Below are positions 9,793-20,453 of a stretch of 33,640 nucleotides of DNA, piece after piece. The DNA comes from a virus. Below the pieces are notes generated by a model. It was not told the origin of the DNA. It saw nothing but the letters and a program-made list of their open reading frames with translations, and did not search any database. The DNA is taken from the UHGV virus genome UHGV-0206080. The stretch is one strand, 5' to 3'. A program made the position numbers and the translations under genes. The first letter of the stretch is position 1, and every line of letters begins with the position of its first letter.

Positions 9793-11694
9793 ATGGCTGA
9801 TAATTTTCAGCTGAAAGCCATCATCACCGCCGTTGACAGGCTGTCCGGCCCGCTTAAAGGTATGCAGCGTCAGCTTAAGGGGTTTCAGAAAGAAGTCTCC
9901 AGCCTTGCTCTGGGCGCTGCCGGGGCGGGTACTGCAATAATGGGGGCACTGGCACTCCCTGTAAAATCAGCCATCACCCTTGAATCGAAGATGGCTGATG
10001 TCCGCAAAGTGGTGGACGGTCTGGATACGCCGGATGCGTTTAAGGCCATGACGGAGCAGGTACGCGCTTTGTCTACTGAGCTTCCCATGTCTGCAGACGG
10101 GATCGCGGAAATTGTGGCGGCTGGCGGTCAGGCCGGGATTGCACGTGATGAACTGATGCAGTTTGCCACTGATGCGGTGAAGATGGGCGTGGCCTTTGAT
10201 ACCACGGCTGAAGAGTCCGGGCAGATGATGGCCCAGTGGCGTACTGCGTTTAATATGACGCAGGATGAAGTGGCTGGGCTGGCTGACAAAATCAACTACC
10301 TTGGTAATACCGGCCCGGCGAATGCGAAGAAAATCTCCGATATTGTTACGCGTATTGGTCCTTTAGGTGGTGTTGCAGGTGTGGCTTCCGGCGAAATCGC
10401 GGCAATGGGGGCAACCATTGCCGGGATGGGCGTGGAGTCAGAAATTGCCGCCACAGGGATCAAGAACTTCATGCTTTCCCTGACCGCGGGAAATTCAGCG
10501 ACAAAATCGCAGAAACAGGCATTACGTTTTCTGCGGATCAATCCGAAGAAATTAGCTGCTGATATGCAGAAAGATGCCCGGGGAACCATGCTGTCTGTAC
10601 TGGATGCGATGGCTAAAGTGCCTAAAGAAAAACAGGCAGCTGTGCTGAATGCCCTGTTCGGGAAAGAGTCTCTGGGCGCGATAGCACCTCTGCTGACTAA
10701 CCTTGATTTGTTGCGTACCAACTTCAGGCGGGTTGCGGATTCCCAGCAGTATGGCAGTTCGATGCAGAAGGAATATGCTTCGAGGGCAGCGACGACGGAA
10801 AACCAGCTTTTACTTCTGCAAAATCAACTTGATGCCATTTCTTCCACTCTGGGGGAAACGTTTCTTCCTGAGGTTAATGATGGTCTTGAAGCGGTAAAAC
10901 CGCTCCTTGAGGAAGTGAGAACGTTTGTCCGTGAAAACCCGGAGCTCGTTAAGACCATTGCTAAAATCGGTCTGGCTTTACTGACAGTGGGGGCCGCTGC
11001 AGGCTCTTTGTCCAGAATCATGAAAGTTCTCGGCGGTGTGATGAATATGACGCCTGCTAAGGGTCTGATTGCTCTTCTGGTCGGTGCCGCTTACCTCATT
11101 ATTGATAACTGGGAAACCGTAGGTCCTGTCATAAAAAAAGTCTGGCGCGTGGTGGATGAAACGGCGCAGGCGATGGGGGGATGGGAAACTGTTCTGAAAG
11201 CGATCGCCCTGTTTATGACAACCAAATGGGTTGCTGACGTTACCAAATCCATTACCGCAGTGACCAGAGAGATGCGTACGCTGGGGAAGGTGTCGGCAGA
11301 AACGGGATTGATGGGGAAAGGCCGCGGCTTTATCGGGAAGGCCGGGGTATATGGTTTTCTGGGAACCCTGATGTATGAGCCGGTTAAAGATACTCTGGAA
11401 AGTGTTGTTCCTGAAGATACAGTTAACTGGCTGGATAATAAAGGGCTGTTTCTGGCTTCAGACTGGACGCCTTTTTTTGATCGTAAAGAGTACGAGCAGT
11501 ATCAGGCCAGCCTGAGTCAGTACAAACCCAATGTTCCGCTGTTGAATCCATCTTCTTCCATGACACAGCACAGCGAACTGAAAGTCACGTTCGAGAATGC
11601 TCCGCCAGGCATGAAGATAATTGATGTACCGGGCAAAGCCGATCCCCTGATGAAAATCACGCACGATGTGGGGTATTCTCCATTCAGGCGATAA
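9793..11694 (+). CDS. Tail tape measure protein
   Basis: 633 aa; Ala/Gly-rich with hydrophobic segments; position after chaperone. Confidence 0.85.
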   Translation: MADNFQLKAIITAVDRLSGPLKGMQRQLKGFQKEVSSLALGAAGAGTAIMGALALPVKSAITLESKMADVRKVVDGLDTPDAFKAMTEQVRALSTELPMSADGIAEIVAAGGQAGIARDELMQFATDAVKMGVAFDTTAEESGQMMAQWRTAFNMTQDEVAGLADKINYLGNTGPANAKKISDIVTRIGPLGGVAGVASGEIAAMGATIAGMGVESEIAATGIKNFMLSLTAGNSATKSQKQALRFLRINPKKLAADMQKDARGTMLSVLDAMAKVPKEKQAAVLNALFGKESLGAIAPLLTNLDLLRTNFRRVADSQQYGSSMQKEYASRAATTENQLLLLQNQLDAISSTLGETFLPEVNDGLEAVKPLLEEVRTFVRENPELVKTIAKIGLALLTVGAAAGSLSRIMKVLGGVMNMTPAKGLIALLVGAAYLIIDNWETVGPVIKKVWRVVDETAQAMGGWETVLKAIALFMTTKWVADVTKSITAVTREMRTLGKVSAETGLMGKGRGFIGKAGVYGFLGTLMYEPVKDTLESVVPEDTVNWLDNKGLFLASDWTPFFDRKEYEQYQASLSQYKPNVPLLNPSSSMTQHSELKVTFENAPPGMKIIDVPGKADPLMKITHDVGYSPFRR

Positions 11695-11723
11695 TAACCC
11701 TACTTTAATCAAGTAGGGTTATT
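11693..11723 (+). repeat. Perfect 13-bp inverted repeat (AATAACCCTACTT / AAGTAGGGTTATT) with 5-nt spacer
   Basis: Read directly from the sequence just after the tape measure stop; no T-run follows. Confidence 0.7.
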
Positions 11724-11758
11724 GAGTGGTAAAGTTTGTGCTGAATGTAGGAGAGAAT

Positions 11759-12247
11759 ATGAAGAAAATGTTTATATTGTTGTTGGCTGCAGGACTGCCA
11801 TTAAACTCCTTTGCGAAGCCAGTAACGGAAAAGCAGCTTGCTACATACTTTATAGATAACGTTAAAACTTCAGCAGATAAGAATATAGATCTAGATGTAG
11901 GTGGAATAAATAGACTGTCTGTAATATGCCCAGCAAAGTCGGCAAGTGGAACTCTTTTAATAAAAAAAGCATCCTACGAGTTTAATAAAGGTATTGGTGT
12001 TTTTGATTTTGAAAATAACTCACAATCTGCACCATTGGCTTTTATTGTACCAATTAGTGAGGATGAAAATAACTTTGACTCGGAAATTATTGGTTTCTCT
12101 TTTGCATTTAAAATGCCAAGAGGGCAATTCTTTGTTGATGTTACGAAATCAGGGAAGGTAAAGGCTGGCGTAAATATTAGTGGTGAAAGCGGAATTACTT
12201 ATTCATCATGTAGAATAGATACTCATAATGTTGATTATGATCTTTAA
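11759..12247 (+). CDS. Secreted hypothetical protein (moron) with N-terminal signal peptide
   Basis: ATG 11759 with AGGAGA RBS; MKKMFILLLAAGLPLNSFA signal-like N-terminus; strongly AT-rich relative to flanking tail genes; own terminator. Confidence 0.6.
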   Translation: MKKMFILLLAAGLPLNSFAKPVTEKQLATYFIDNVKTSADKNIDLDVGGINRLSVICPAKSASGTLLIKKASYEFNKGIGVFDFENNSQSAPLAFIVPISEDENNFDSEIIGFSFAFKMPRGQFFVDVTKSGKVKAGVNISGESGITYSSCRIDTHNVDYDL

Positions 12248-12261
12248 TTTTATTACCTAAT

Positions 12262-12290
12262 AAAAAACCGCGTTTACACGCGGTTTTTAT
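12262..12290 (+). terminator. Rho-independent terminator after moron (A-run, stem-loop, T-run)
   Basis: AAAAAACCGCG-TTTACA-CGCGGTTTTTA. Confidence 0.7.
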
Positions 12291-12303
12291 TTGAGGTGAC
12301 ACC

Positions 12304-13677
12304 ATGGATTTTTCTCATATTTCTTCGTACCTATCCTCTAATTCTCGAAGTGGCTGGCGTGAAAAGCTACTTGAAGCATCATTTCGAGGTGTGCCGTTTA
12401 AGGTTGAAGAAGAAAGTGCGGGAACCGGTCGCCGTGTGGAAACACATGAATACCCGAACCGCGACAAGCCTTATACCGAAGATCTGGGAAAAGTCACTTT
12501 CCGCCCGTCCATCACAGCTTATGTGGTGGGAGATGACTGCTTTGACCAGCGCGATCGCCTGATTGACGCGCTGAATAAACCCGGTCCCGGCACGCTTGTC
12601 CATCCGACATACGGTGAGATGAAAGTCTGTGTTGACGGGGAAGTTCGGGTCAGCACATCGAAAAGTGAAGGGCGTATTGTCCGCTTTGACCTGAAGTTTG
12701 TCGAAGCGGGAGAACTCTCTTACCCCACATCAGGTGCGGCGACGGCGCAGACGCTGATGTCATCCTGTTCTGCACTGGATGACTGCATCAGTGACAGCTT
12801 CAGCGGTTTCAGTATCGATGGCGTGGCGGATTTCGTGCAGAACGACGTTATCGGTAATGCCAGCATAATGCTGGGGTATGTTTCTGATGCGATGAAAGTG
12901 GTGGATTCTACCGTATCGGATGCCGCCAGGCTGTTGCAGGGGGATATCTCGGTACTTCTGCCGCCGCCATCGTCAGGCAAAAATTTCGTTGAGCAGGTGC
13001 AGAAAATGTGGCGTACCGGGAAACGCCTTTATGGTAACGCCAGCGACCTGGTCACCATGATCAAAACGTTTTCCGGTGTCAGCCTCGGCAGCGATCTGCA
13101 ACCGCGCGGCGTCTGGAAAACGGACAGTAAAACCACCGCCACGGCTACGCAGCAGCGTAACGTGGTTGCCAGCACCCTTCGTACGACCGCAATCAGCGAA
13201 GCGGCGTATGCCGTCACGCGATTGCCTGCGCCAACAACTTCCGCGGTGATGCAGAATTCCGCAGTGGGGCAGGCAACAACACCCGCGCAGAGCACTGGCT
13301 GGCCTGCCGTCACGCATCCGGCACTGAACAATGCACCGGCGGTGAAAAACACGGTTGACCTGCCGACGTGGGAAGAACTGACTGACATTCGCGACACACT
13401 GAATACGGCAATTGATAAGGAGTTGTCCCGTACAACCAGTGATGCGCTGTTTCTGGCGCTGCGCCGGGTGAAAGCAGATCTGAATGCGGATATCAACACG
13501 CGCCTTGAACAGTCTGCACGGATCATTCAGCGCACACCGGATGAGGTTTTACCCGCGCTGGTGCTGGCGGCGACCTGGTTTGATAACGCGGCGCGTGACG
13601 CGGACATTATCCGGCGTAATGCCATTACGCATCCCGGCTTTGTGCCGGTGATCCCTCTGAAGGTGCCAGTGCAATGA
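12304..13677 (+). CDS. DNA circulation protein (Mu gpN-like)
   Basis: 457 aa; position after tape measure in a Mu-like tail cluster. Confidence 0.7.
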   Translation: MDFSHISSYLSSNSRSGWREKLLEASFRGVPFKVEEESAGTGRRVETHEYPNRDKPYTEDLGKVTFRPSITAYVVGDDCFDQRDRLIDALNKPGPGTLVHPTYGEMKVCVDGEVRVSTSKSEGRIVRFDLKFVEAGELSYPTSGAATAQTLMSSCSALDDCISDSFSGFSIDGVADFVQNDVIGNASIMLGYVSDAMKVVDSTVSDAARLLQGDISVLLPPPSSGKNFVEQVQKMWRTGKRLYGNASDLVTMIKTFSGVSLGSDLQPRGVWKTDSKTTATATQQRNVVASTLRTTAISEAAYAVTRLPAPTTSAVMQNSAVGQATTPAQSTGWPAVTHPALNNAPAVKNTVDLPTWEELTDIRDTLNTAIDKELSRTTSDALFLALRRVKADLNADINTRLEQSARIIQRTPDEVLPALVLAATWFDNAARDADIIRRNAITHPGFVPVIPLKVPVQ

Positions 13678-14753
13678 ACGACAATGTCACGCTACGGGTA
13701 AATGGCCGGGAGTGGAATGGCTGGACATCGGTGCGCATCGGTGCCGGTATTGAACGGCTGGCGCGGGATTTCAGTGTGGAGATCACCCGCCAGTGGCCGG
13801 GTGATGAGGGTATCACCACGCTTCAGCCGCGCATTAAAAACGGTTCAAAAGTGGAAGTGCTGATTGGTGATGAGCTGGTGATCACCGGCTGGGTGGAGGC
13901 GACTCCCGTTCATTACGATGCCCGTTCGGTCAGCACCGGTATTGCCGGACGTAGTCTGACGGCTGACCTGATTGACTGTGCAGCCGAACCGACACAGTTT
14001 AACGGACGCTCGCTGGTGCAGATTGCGCAGGCGCTTGCTGCGCCTTTCGGCATTGAGGTGGTGAACAGCGGTGCGCCATCGGGTGTTATTCCTGATGTTC
14101 AGCCTGATCACGGTGAAACGGTGATTGAGGTAATCAACAAAATACTCGGTCAGCAGCAGGCACTGGCTTACGACGACCCGCACGGCAGGCTGGTGATTGG
14201 CGGTATTGGCTCAACGCGGGCACATACCGCGCTGGTACTTGGGGAAAATATCCTTTCCTGTGATACGGAGAAGAGTATCCGGGAGCGGTTTTCTGTTTAC
14301 CAGGTGGCGGGGCAGCGTGCCGGAAACGACGATGATTTCGGTGAGGCCACCACCACCGCGCTGCGGGCCCGCACAGAGGACGCATTTATTGCCCGTTACC
14401 GTCAGATGTATATCAGGCAGACAGGGCAGGCTACGGGGGCAGGCTGTATTGCGCGTGCTGACTTTGAAGCCCGACAACGGGCGGCGCGGACGGATGAAAC
14501 CACCTATGTGGTGCAGGGCTGGCGACAGGGTAACGGTACGCTGTGGCAGCCCAACCAGCGGGTGATTGTCTTTGATCCGGTCTGTGGTTTTGACAATACC
14601 GAACTGCTTGTCTCGGAAGTCACGTTTACTCAGGACCAGAACGGCACCCTGACGGAAATCCGTGTCGGCCCGCCTGATGCTTATCTGCCTGAACCCGAAG
14701 ACCCCGGCGCGCGGAAAAAGAAAAAAGCCAGAGTACAGGAGGACCCGTTCTGA
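13674..14753 (+). CDS. Baseplate hub / tail protein (Mu gpP-like)
   Basis: 359 aa; overlapping start/stop with neighbours; synteny. Confidence 0.7.
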   Translation: MNDNVTLRVNGREWNGWTSVRIGAGIERLARDFSVEITRQWPGDEGITTLQPRIKNGSKVEVLIGDELVITGWVEATPVHYDARSVSTGIAGRSLTADLIDCAAEPTQFNGRSLVQIAQALAAPFGIEVVNSGAPSGVIPDVQPDHGETVIEVINKILGQQQALAYDDPHGRLVIGGIGSTRAHTALVLGENILSCDTEKSIRERFSVYQVAGQRAGNDDDFGEATTTALRARTEDAFIARYRQMYIRQTGQATGAGCIARADFEARQRAARTDETTYVVQGWRQGNGTLWQPNQRVIVFDPVCGFDNTELLVSEVTFTQDQNGTLTEIRVGPPDAYLPEPEDPGARKKKKARVQEDPF

Positions 14754-15301
14754 TGAGGGCGATTGAAGCCATGCAGCGACAACTACTCGGCCTGATTGGG
14801 CGGGCCGTGGTGAAAAGCATCAGTGCCGCCACGAAATGTCAGACCGTGGATGTGTCCCTGATTGCCGGTGAACCCAAAGCCGGGGTTGAACATCTTGAAC
14901 CCTACGGTTTTACCGCAAGGGCAAACAGCGGTGCGGAAGCGGTGGTGTTGTTTCCGGATGGCGACCGTTCTCATGCGGTGGTTGTTACGGTGTCGGACCG
15001 GCGCTACCGCCTGAAAGGACTGCAGACGGGTGAGGTGGCTGTCTATGACGATCAGGGGCAGTCCGTGACGCTGACCCGGGAGGGGATCGTGGTGGACGGT
15101 GCAGGTAAAACGATCACGTTTCGCAATTCACCTAAAGCACGTTTTGAAATGGACCTGGAAGTGACAGGACAGGTGAAAGACCTGTGCGACTCCGGCGGCA
15201 CCACCATGTCAGCGATGCGGCTTGCCTATAACGGGCATCGTCACAGAGAGAACGGTCAGGGCAGTAACACCGACAAACCGGATAAAGCGATGGAGGCATG
15301 A
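14753..15301 (+). CDS. Baseplate assembly protein V (Mu gp45-like spike)
   Basis: 182 aa; synteny. Confidence 0.7.
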   Translation: MRAIEAMQRQLLGLIGRAVVKSISAATKCQTVDVSLIAGEPKAGVEHLEPYGFTARANSGAEAVVLFPDGDRSHAVVVTVSDRRYRLKGLQTGEVAVYDDQGQSVTLTREGIVVDGAGKTITFRNSPKARFEMDLEVTGQVKDLCDSGGTTMSAMRLAYNGHRHRENGQGSNTDKPDKAMEA

Positions 15302-15726
15302 TGGAACTGTGGCTGACGGTGAACGGTAAACGCACCTGCGCCAGCGCACCGCTGGATCCGCTGACCCGCGCCGTGGTGATTTCCCTGTTTACCTGGCGGC
15401 GGGCGGAGCCTGATGACAACGCCGACGTCCCGATGGGATGGTGGGGGGATACCTGGCCTGCGGTACAGAATGACCGTTACGGCTCCCGGCTGTGGCTGCT
15501 TCAGCGCAGCAAACTGACCAATCAGCTGGTGCAGACGGTAAGGGGGTATATCCGCGAATGCCTGCAATGGATGATTGATGACGGCGTGGTGTCCCGTATT
15601 GATCTGGATATCCGCCGCACCGGGATTAATGAACTGGGTAACAGTATCACTCTCTGGCGTCGTGACGGACCGGTAATGATTTCTTTTGATGATCTGTGGA
15701 GTGCGATAACGCATGGCGGACAGTGA
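15298..15726 (+). CDS. Baseplate protein (Mu gp46-like / GPW-gp25 family)
   Basis: 142 aa; synteny. Confidence 0.7.
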   Translation: MMELWLTVNGKRTCASAPLDPLTRAVVISLFTWRRAEPDDNADVPMGWWGDTWPAVQNDRYGSRLWLLQRSKLTNQLVQTVRGYIRECLQWMIDDGVVSRIDLDIRRTGINELGNSITLWRRDGPVMISFDDLWSAITHGGQ

Positions 15727-16771
15727 ATTTCAGCGCCCGACGCTGGCAGAAAATATCAGTATGCTCCGTAACGATTTATTCGCCAGGCTGGACGTCAGCG
15801 ACACGCTCCGGCGCATGGATGAAGACGTGCGGGCAAAGGTGTATGCGGCGGCGCTGCATACGGTTTATGGGTACATCGATTATCTGGCAATGAATATGCT
15901 GCCTGACCTGTGCGATGAGTCCTGGCTGGCACGACATGCTGCGATGAAACGGTGTCCGCGCAAGGGGGCCACGGCTGCCAGCGGGTATATGCGCTGGGAA
16001 GGTGTCAGCGATGGCCTGAAGGTGACTGCCGGGAGCGTGATTCAGCGCGATGACCTGGTTCAGTACACGGCAACTGCCGATGCAACCAGCTCCGGTGGTG
16101 TCCTGCGTGCGCCGATCACTTGCTCAACTACAGGCGCGGTCGGTAACGCTGACGACGGTACGGCATTAATCCTGGTCACGCCGGTGAATGGTCTGCCGTC
16201 TTCCGGTGTTGCAGATACCCTGACTGGCGGATTCGATACTGAAGATCTGGAAACGTGGCGCGCCCGCGTCATTGAGCGGTATTACTGGACGCCGCAGGGC
16301 GGGGCTGACGGGGACTATGTCGTCTGGGCTAAAGAAGTGCCCGGCATTACCCGCGCATGGACATACCGTCACTGGATGGGAACGGGAACTGTCGGTGTGA
16401 TGATTGCCAGCAGTGACCTGATTAATCCCATTCCGGAAGAATCAACGGAAACGGCGGCAAGACAACATATCGGGCCACTGGCCCCGGTGGCAGGCTCTGA
16501 TTTATATGTATTCAGGCCGGTGGCGCATAAAGTGGATTTTCATATCCGCGTGACGCCGGACACACCGGAAATACGGGCTGCCATCACCGCCGAGTTGCGT
16601 TCGTTCCTGCTGCGTGATGGTTATCCGCAGGGAGAACTGAAGGTGTCGCGTATCAGTGAAGCGATTTCCGGTGCGAACGGGGAATACAGCCATCAGTTGC
16701 TTGCACCGGCAGACAATATCTCCATTGCAAAAAATGAACTGGCGGTACTGGGGACGATTTCATGGACGTGA
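15713..16771 (+). CDS. Baseplate J-like protein (Mu gp47-like)
   Basis: 352 aa; synteny. Confidence 0.75.
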   Translation: MADSEFQRPTLAENISMLRNDLFARLDVSDTLRRMDEDVRAKVYAAALHTVYGYIDYLAMNMLPDLCDESWLARHAAMKRCPRKGATAASGYMRWEGVSDGLKVTAGSVIQRDDLVQYTATADATSSGGVLRAPITCSTTGAVGNADDGTALILVTPVNGLPSSGVADTLTGGFDTEDLETWRARVIERYYWTPQGGADGDYVVWAKEVPGITRAWTYRHWMGTGTVGVMIASSDLINPIPEESTETAARQHIGPLAPVAGSDLYVFRPVAHKVDFHIRVTPDTPEIRAAITAELRSFLLRDGYPQGELKVSRISEAISGANGEYSHQLLAPADNISIAKNELAVLGTISWT

Positions 16772-17346
16772 CAAACGATGATTACATCCGTCTGTTGTCG
16801 GCACTGTTGCCCCCCGGTCCGGCGTGGTCATCCAGCGATCCAGCGATTGCCGGTGCGGCACCGTCATTAACCCGCGTTCATCAGCGTGCGGATGCCCTGA
16901 TGCGGGAGCTGGATCCGCGCACCACCACTGAACTGATAAGCCGCTGGGAGCGTCTGTGCGGCCTGCCGGATGAATGTATTCCGGCGGGAACGCAGACCCT
17001 TCGCCAGCGTCAGCAACGGCTGGATGCGAAGGTTAATCTGGCGGGCGGCATCAATGAGGATTTTTACCTTGCACAGCTTGCTGCCCTGGGCAGACCAGAC
17101 GCCACCATCACGCGATACGACAAAAGCACGTTCACCTGCTCATCGGCCTGTACTGACGCAGTGAATGCGACGGAATGGCGGTATTACTGGCAGGTCAACA
17201 TGCCAGCCGCCACCAACACCACCTGGATGACATGTGGCGATCCCTGTGATTCCGCACTGCGTATCTGGGGCGATACCGTTGTCGAGTGCGTGCTTAACAA
17301 ACTCTGCCCTTCGCATACCTACGTAATTTTCAAATATCCGGAGTAA
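16762..17346 (+). CDS. Tail protein (Mu gp48-like, DUF2313-type)
   Basis: 194 aa; position immediately before tail fibre. Confidence 0.65.
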   Translation: MDVTNDDYIRLLSALLPPGPAWSSSDPAIAGAAPSLTRVHQRADALMRELDPRTTTELISRWERLCGLPDECIPAGTQTLRQRQQRLDAKVNLAGGINEDFYLAQLAALGRPDATITRYDKSTFTCSSACTDAVNATEWRYYWQVNMPAATNTTWMTCGDPCDSALRIWGDTVVECVLNKLCPSHTYVIFKYPE

Positions 17347-17349
17347 TCC

Positions 17350-19725
17350 ATGCATCGTATAGACACGAAAACCGCGCAGAAGGATAAGTTCGGCGCGGGT
17401 AAGAACGGTTTTACCCGTGGTAACCCCCAGACCGGCACGCCTGCCACCGATCTGGATGATGACTACTTTGACATGTTGCAGGAAGAACTTTGCAGCGTGG
17501 TGGAGGCCTCCGGTGCCAGTCTGGAGAAGGCGCGGCACGACCAGCTGCTTACCGCGCTTCGTGCGCTGCTGTTAAGCCGCAAAAATCCGTTTGGCGATAT
17601 CAAATCGGATGGCACGGTAGAACGCGCTCTTGAAAATCTGGGGTTACAGGATGTAAAAGCTGGTTCATTGAACAATCTGTACACTAACCATTCCCGTAGT
17701 GTCTTAATGGAATTGCCGTTATTATTCCCAGACTACGATACGGTGCTGGCTGCTCAGTCTGGTGCGGAATATATGTATCCACAGGGATTTGTGGTGACAG
17801 GAGAAAAAATCTATCTGAGTTATACCGTTGAGCCAAAGCAGACACGGAACGTTATAGTTCAGTACACAACATCCGGCGAATATGAGGGATATTATTATGT
17901 CGATAATGGAGGTCGTGGCGTTGTCAGCGAAGGCCTTGTGGTGACAACGGATTACGGTGGATTACGTTTGTTCATGTCAGGAGAAAATGGATTACTGAAA
18001 CAGTTTTCGCTTGATGGGGCAATTTCTGGTTCAGTATTGCCGTTAATTGATGAACATGATGTCGGTGTTTACAACCAGTTCAGCTATCGTAAAAACCGCT
18101 GGGTGGTTGAACAGTCAGCGCCGGAAGTGGGAGGCCTGATCACCCGCACAGTATTTGCGGTGTATGATTTTCAGTTTCGTCGGACAGGGACATTCACATT
18201 ACCGTTGCATGATTCCGGATATATCACGGAAAGCACAGACAGCTATGCAAGACGCTTCACAAAACGTCAGGGAATTGCTGTGGGAGACGATTATATTGCC
18301 TGTTCTTATGGTGGCTATTTTAATACCGGGGCATCAGCCGGATTTAACCAGTTTCAGGGGGTTAAGGTCTTTTCTCCGGATGGAGTAAAGCAGCAGGAAT
18401 CCATTCTTCATCCCCAAAAAATGATAGATGTGCTTACCAGGCAGGGTTTTACACCTTCGCGCATTGAGAACGAAGGAATTTGTATTTCTGACGACGGCGG
18501 CAGTATATATTCGCTTTATATCTTTCTGGAGCGTGGGTTACCACAGGCTTATCAGAAAGGAATTGTTCTGATGAAAGAGTTCAGTACTGGCAGAGATGCT
18601 ATTGATTTTCGTCAGGCAGCCTGGTTGTACACGGGGTTTGATGTGTCTCATGCCAGTATTGGAACATTTCCCCGTAGTGCCCAGGGGTTGGTAAACCCGG
18701 TGTTGGGGACGGTATTCACATCCCTGTCTGAAATTCTGGCATATATGCGTTCTGTGAGTCAGAAATGGTTTTGTCTGCATACAACCACGACACCGATTAA
18801 AGATCTGAGTGGAAATGACATTCCTGCTGACAATTATGTGTTCATCAAGAATGCTAATAACCAGACATTCTATATAACGCAGGAGTCAGCTGAAGGTGGA
18901 ATAAAATATAAAGCTGTCACTACAGACAGCGGAGAATATGGTTTTCAGCGACAAAGAGAGGCAATCTGGTCCAATGTTATCACCATCGCACAAAAGAGCG
19001 ATGGTGAGGATCAGTTTAATCGTATTATCGCTGCCTCGAAAAGTGGTTCAGGTAAAAATCAGGATAAAATACTGGTAGTTGACCAACAGGCATCAGAGGG
19101 GAATAACACGCTGGTAATTGGCGGTGGTTCATCTGTGTTCAGGTCAGCGACAGTGATTGATTTTGCAACGAATCAGGATGCAAATGCCACAGGAGGAGAA
19201 AAGAGATGGCGCATAGATTCATCAGGAAATCTCCGCCCTTATACAGATAATACGTATTCGATCGGTTATGCCTCATGGCGACCCGCACAGGTTTATTCAG
19301 CTACGGGAAGTATCAGTACATCAGACCGGACTCATAAACAGGACGAAACAATTCTGTCGGATGCAGAAAAAAGGGTTGCCAGAAAGCTGCTCGGGTATAT
19401 CTGTCGGTTCCGTTTCAGAGATGCAGTGTCCAGCAAAGGGAACGCAGCCAGATGGCATGTAGGAGTGATTGCTCAGGACGTACAGAAGGTCTTCTCTGAG
19501 GAAGGGCTGGACGCTTTTGATTACGGTATTTTGTGTCGTGATGAATATCCGGCGGAATATGAAGTGGTTTACGGGACTCGTATGGAGCTTGGTCCTGACG
19601 GACTCCTTACAATGGAAGAATACGATACCGGAGAGCGCAAGCTGGTCAGGGAGGCTGGTGAAATAATGTCTGTAAGGAATGATGAGCTGCATTATTTCAT
19701 GCTGGCATCGCTGTCTGGCCAGTGA
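17350..19725 (+). CDS. Tail fibre protein with C-terminal intramolecular chaperone-like (S74-type) domain
   Basis: 791 aa; GC-rich conserved N-terminus ([17 protein letters not shown]...), AT-rich distal part; SDRTHK motif at 19321-19338 resembles the S-D-x3-K autocleavage motif. Confidence 0.8.
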   Translation: MHRIDTKTAQKDKFGAGKNGFTRGNPQTGTPATDLDDDYFDMLQEELCSVVEASGASLEKARHDQLLTALRALLLSRKNPFGDIKSDGTVERALENLGLQDVKAGSLNNLYTNHSRSVLMELPLLFPDYDTVLAAQSGAEYMYPQGFVVTGEKIYLSYTVEPKQTRNVIVQYTTSGEYEGYYYVDNGGRGVVSEGLVVTTDYGGLRLFMSGENGLLKQFSLDGAISGSVLPLIDEHDVGVYNQFSYRKNRWVVEQSAPEVGGLITRTVFAVYDFQFRRTGTFTLPLHDSGYITESTDSYARRFTKRQGIAVGDDYIACSYGGYFNTGASAGFNQFQGVKVFSPDGVKQQESILHPQKMIDVLTRQGFTPSRIENEGICISDDGGSIYSLYIFLERGLPQAYQKGIVLMKEFSTGRDAIDFRQAAWLYTGFDVSHASIGTFPRSAQGLVNPVLGTVFTSLSEILAYMRSVSQKWFCLHTTTTPIKDLSGNDIPADNYVFIKNANNQTFYITQESAEGGIKYKAVTTDSGEYGFQRQREAIWSNVITIAQKSDGEDQFNRIIAASKSGSGKNQDKILVVDQQASEGNNTLVIGGGSSVFRSATVIDFATNQDANATGGEKRWRIDSSGNLRPYTDNTYSIGYASWRPAQVYSATGSISTSDRTHKQDETILSDAEKRVARKLLGYICRFRFRDAVSSKGNAARWHVGVIAQDVQKVFSEEGLDAFDYGILCRDEYPAEYEVVYGTRMELGPDGLLTMEEYDTGERKLVREAGEIMSVRNDELHYFMLASLSGQ

Positions 19726-19765
19726 ATAATATTAATGTAAGGAGCGATATAAGCTCCTTACATCA

Positions 19766-19945
19766 TGCATTTTATGCTGCGATTATGCGTTCTCCTGTTG
19801 TTTGTTGCTGAGAGTGAAACACCGGAAACATACTGGTGGATTGAAATGTTCTGTGTGGCAGCGTATGAATATGTCGTGGTAGGGTGGATAAAAAATGCCC
19901 GTGATGATCCGGGCAACATAGCAGTATGCATTTTTCTATTGTGAA
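19766..19945 (+). CDS. Small hydrophobic hypothetical protein (59 aa)
   Basis: ATG at 19766; translation MHFMLRLCVLLLFVAESETPETYWWIEMFCVAAYEYVVVGWIKNARDDPGNIAVCIFLL; nearest SD (AAGGAG, 19739-19744) is 21 nt upstream and inside a hairpin. Confidence 0.25.
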
Positions 19946-20453
19946 CTGATGCATTATACAAGTAATGCTGTTATTGAGGAAAGTTTAAAGAAGCGGCTCT
20001 TCTCCGCCTGTAAAGTTTGGTCATTATTGCTTTATATATAAGTTCCACCAGTAGGCGATCATCTATGATGTTGGCATATCGACTTTGTATAAGAGGTTTC
20101 CGGTCGGAGATAAATGAAACCGTAGCACGTCGTATGCAAGAACGTGCCACGGCTGGCTGGCGAACTTTCGATAGTGCGAGTATTGAATGATTTCCAGCTG
20201 TTACTGATTTTATATAACTGCAGTGGAATTATTCAACACACAGGCAAAACGGAATAAGCTGAGAAAAAAAAGCGTGCTTTCCCAATCTGGGGTAAATCAC
20301 ATCTGAATGACACCTGAAAACAGGTGGTGGCCTCAAGAAGGCTTGGAATATTCTTCTTTAATGTTATGTAATTTATTGATTTTTCGTGTACGATTTTAAG
20401 ACATTTATTCCAAGAAAAATTTTTAACTCTTTGATTTTTCGACTCTGTATCAT

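Noticed and set aside
13029-13526. Minus-strand 165-aa ORF within the DNA circulation gene
   Set aside because: Antisense overlap in GC-rich coding sequence; no RBS; the plus-strand gene is syntenically supported.
19758-19961. Two overlapping minus-strand ORFs (67 and 60 aa) after the tail fibre
   Set aside because: No RBS, His/Thr-rich improbable composition, and they overlap a plus-strand hydrophobic ORF that fits the operon direction somewhat better; none is strongly supported.
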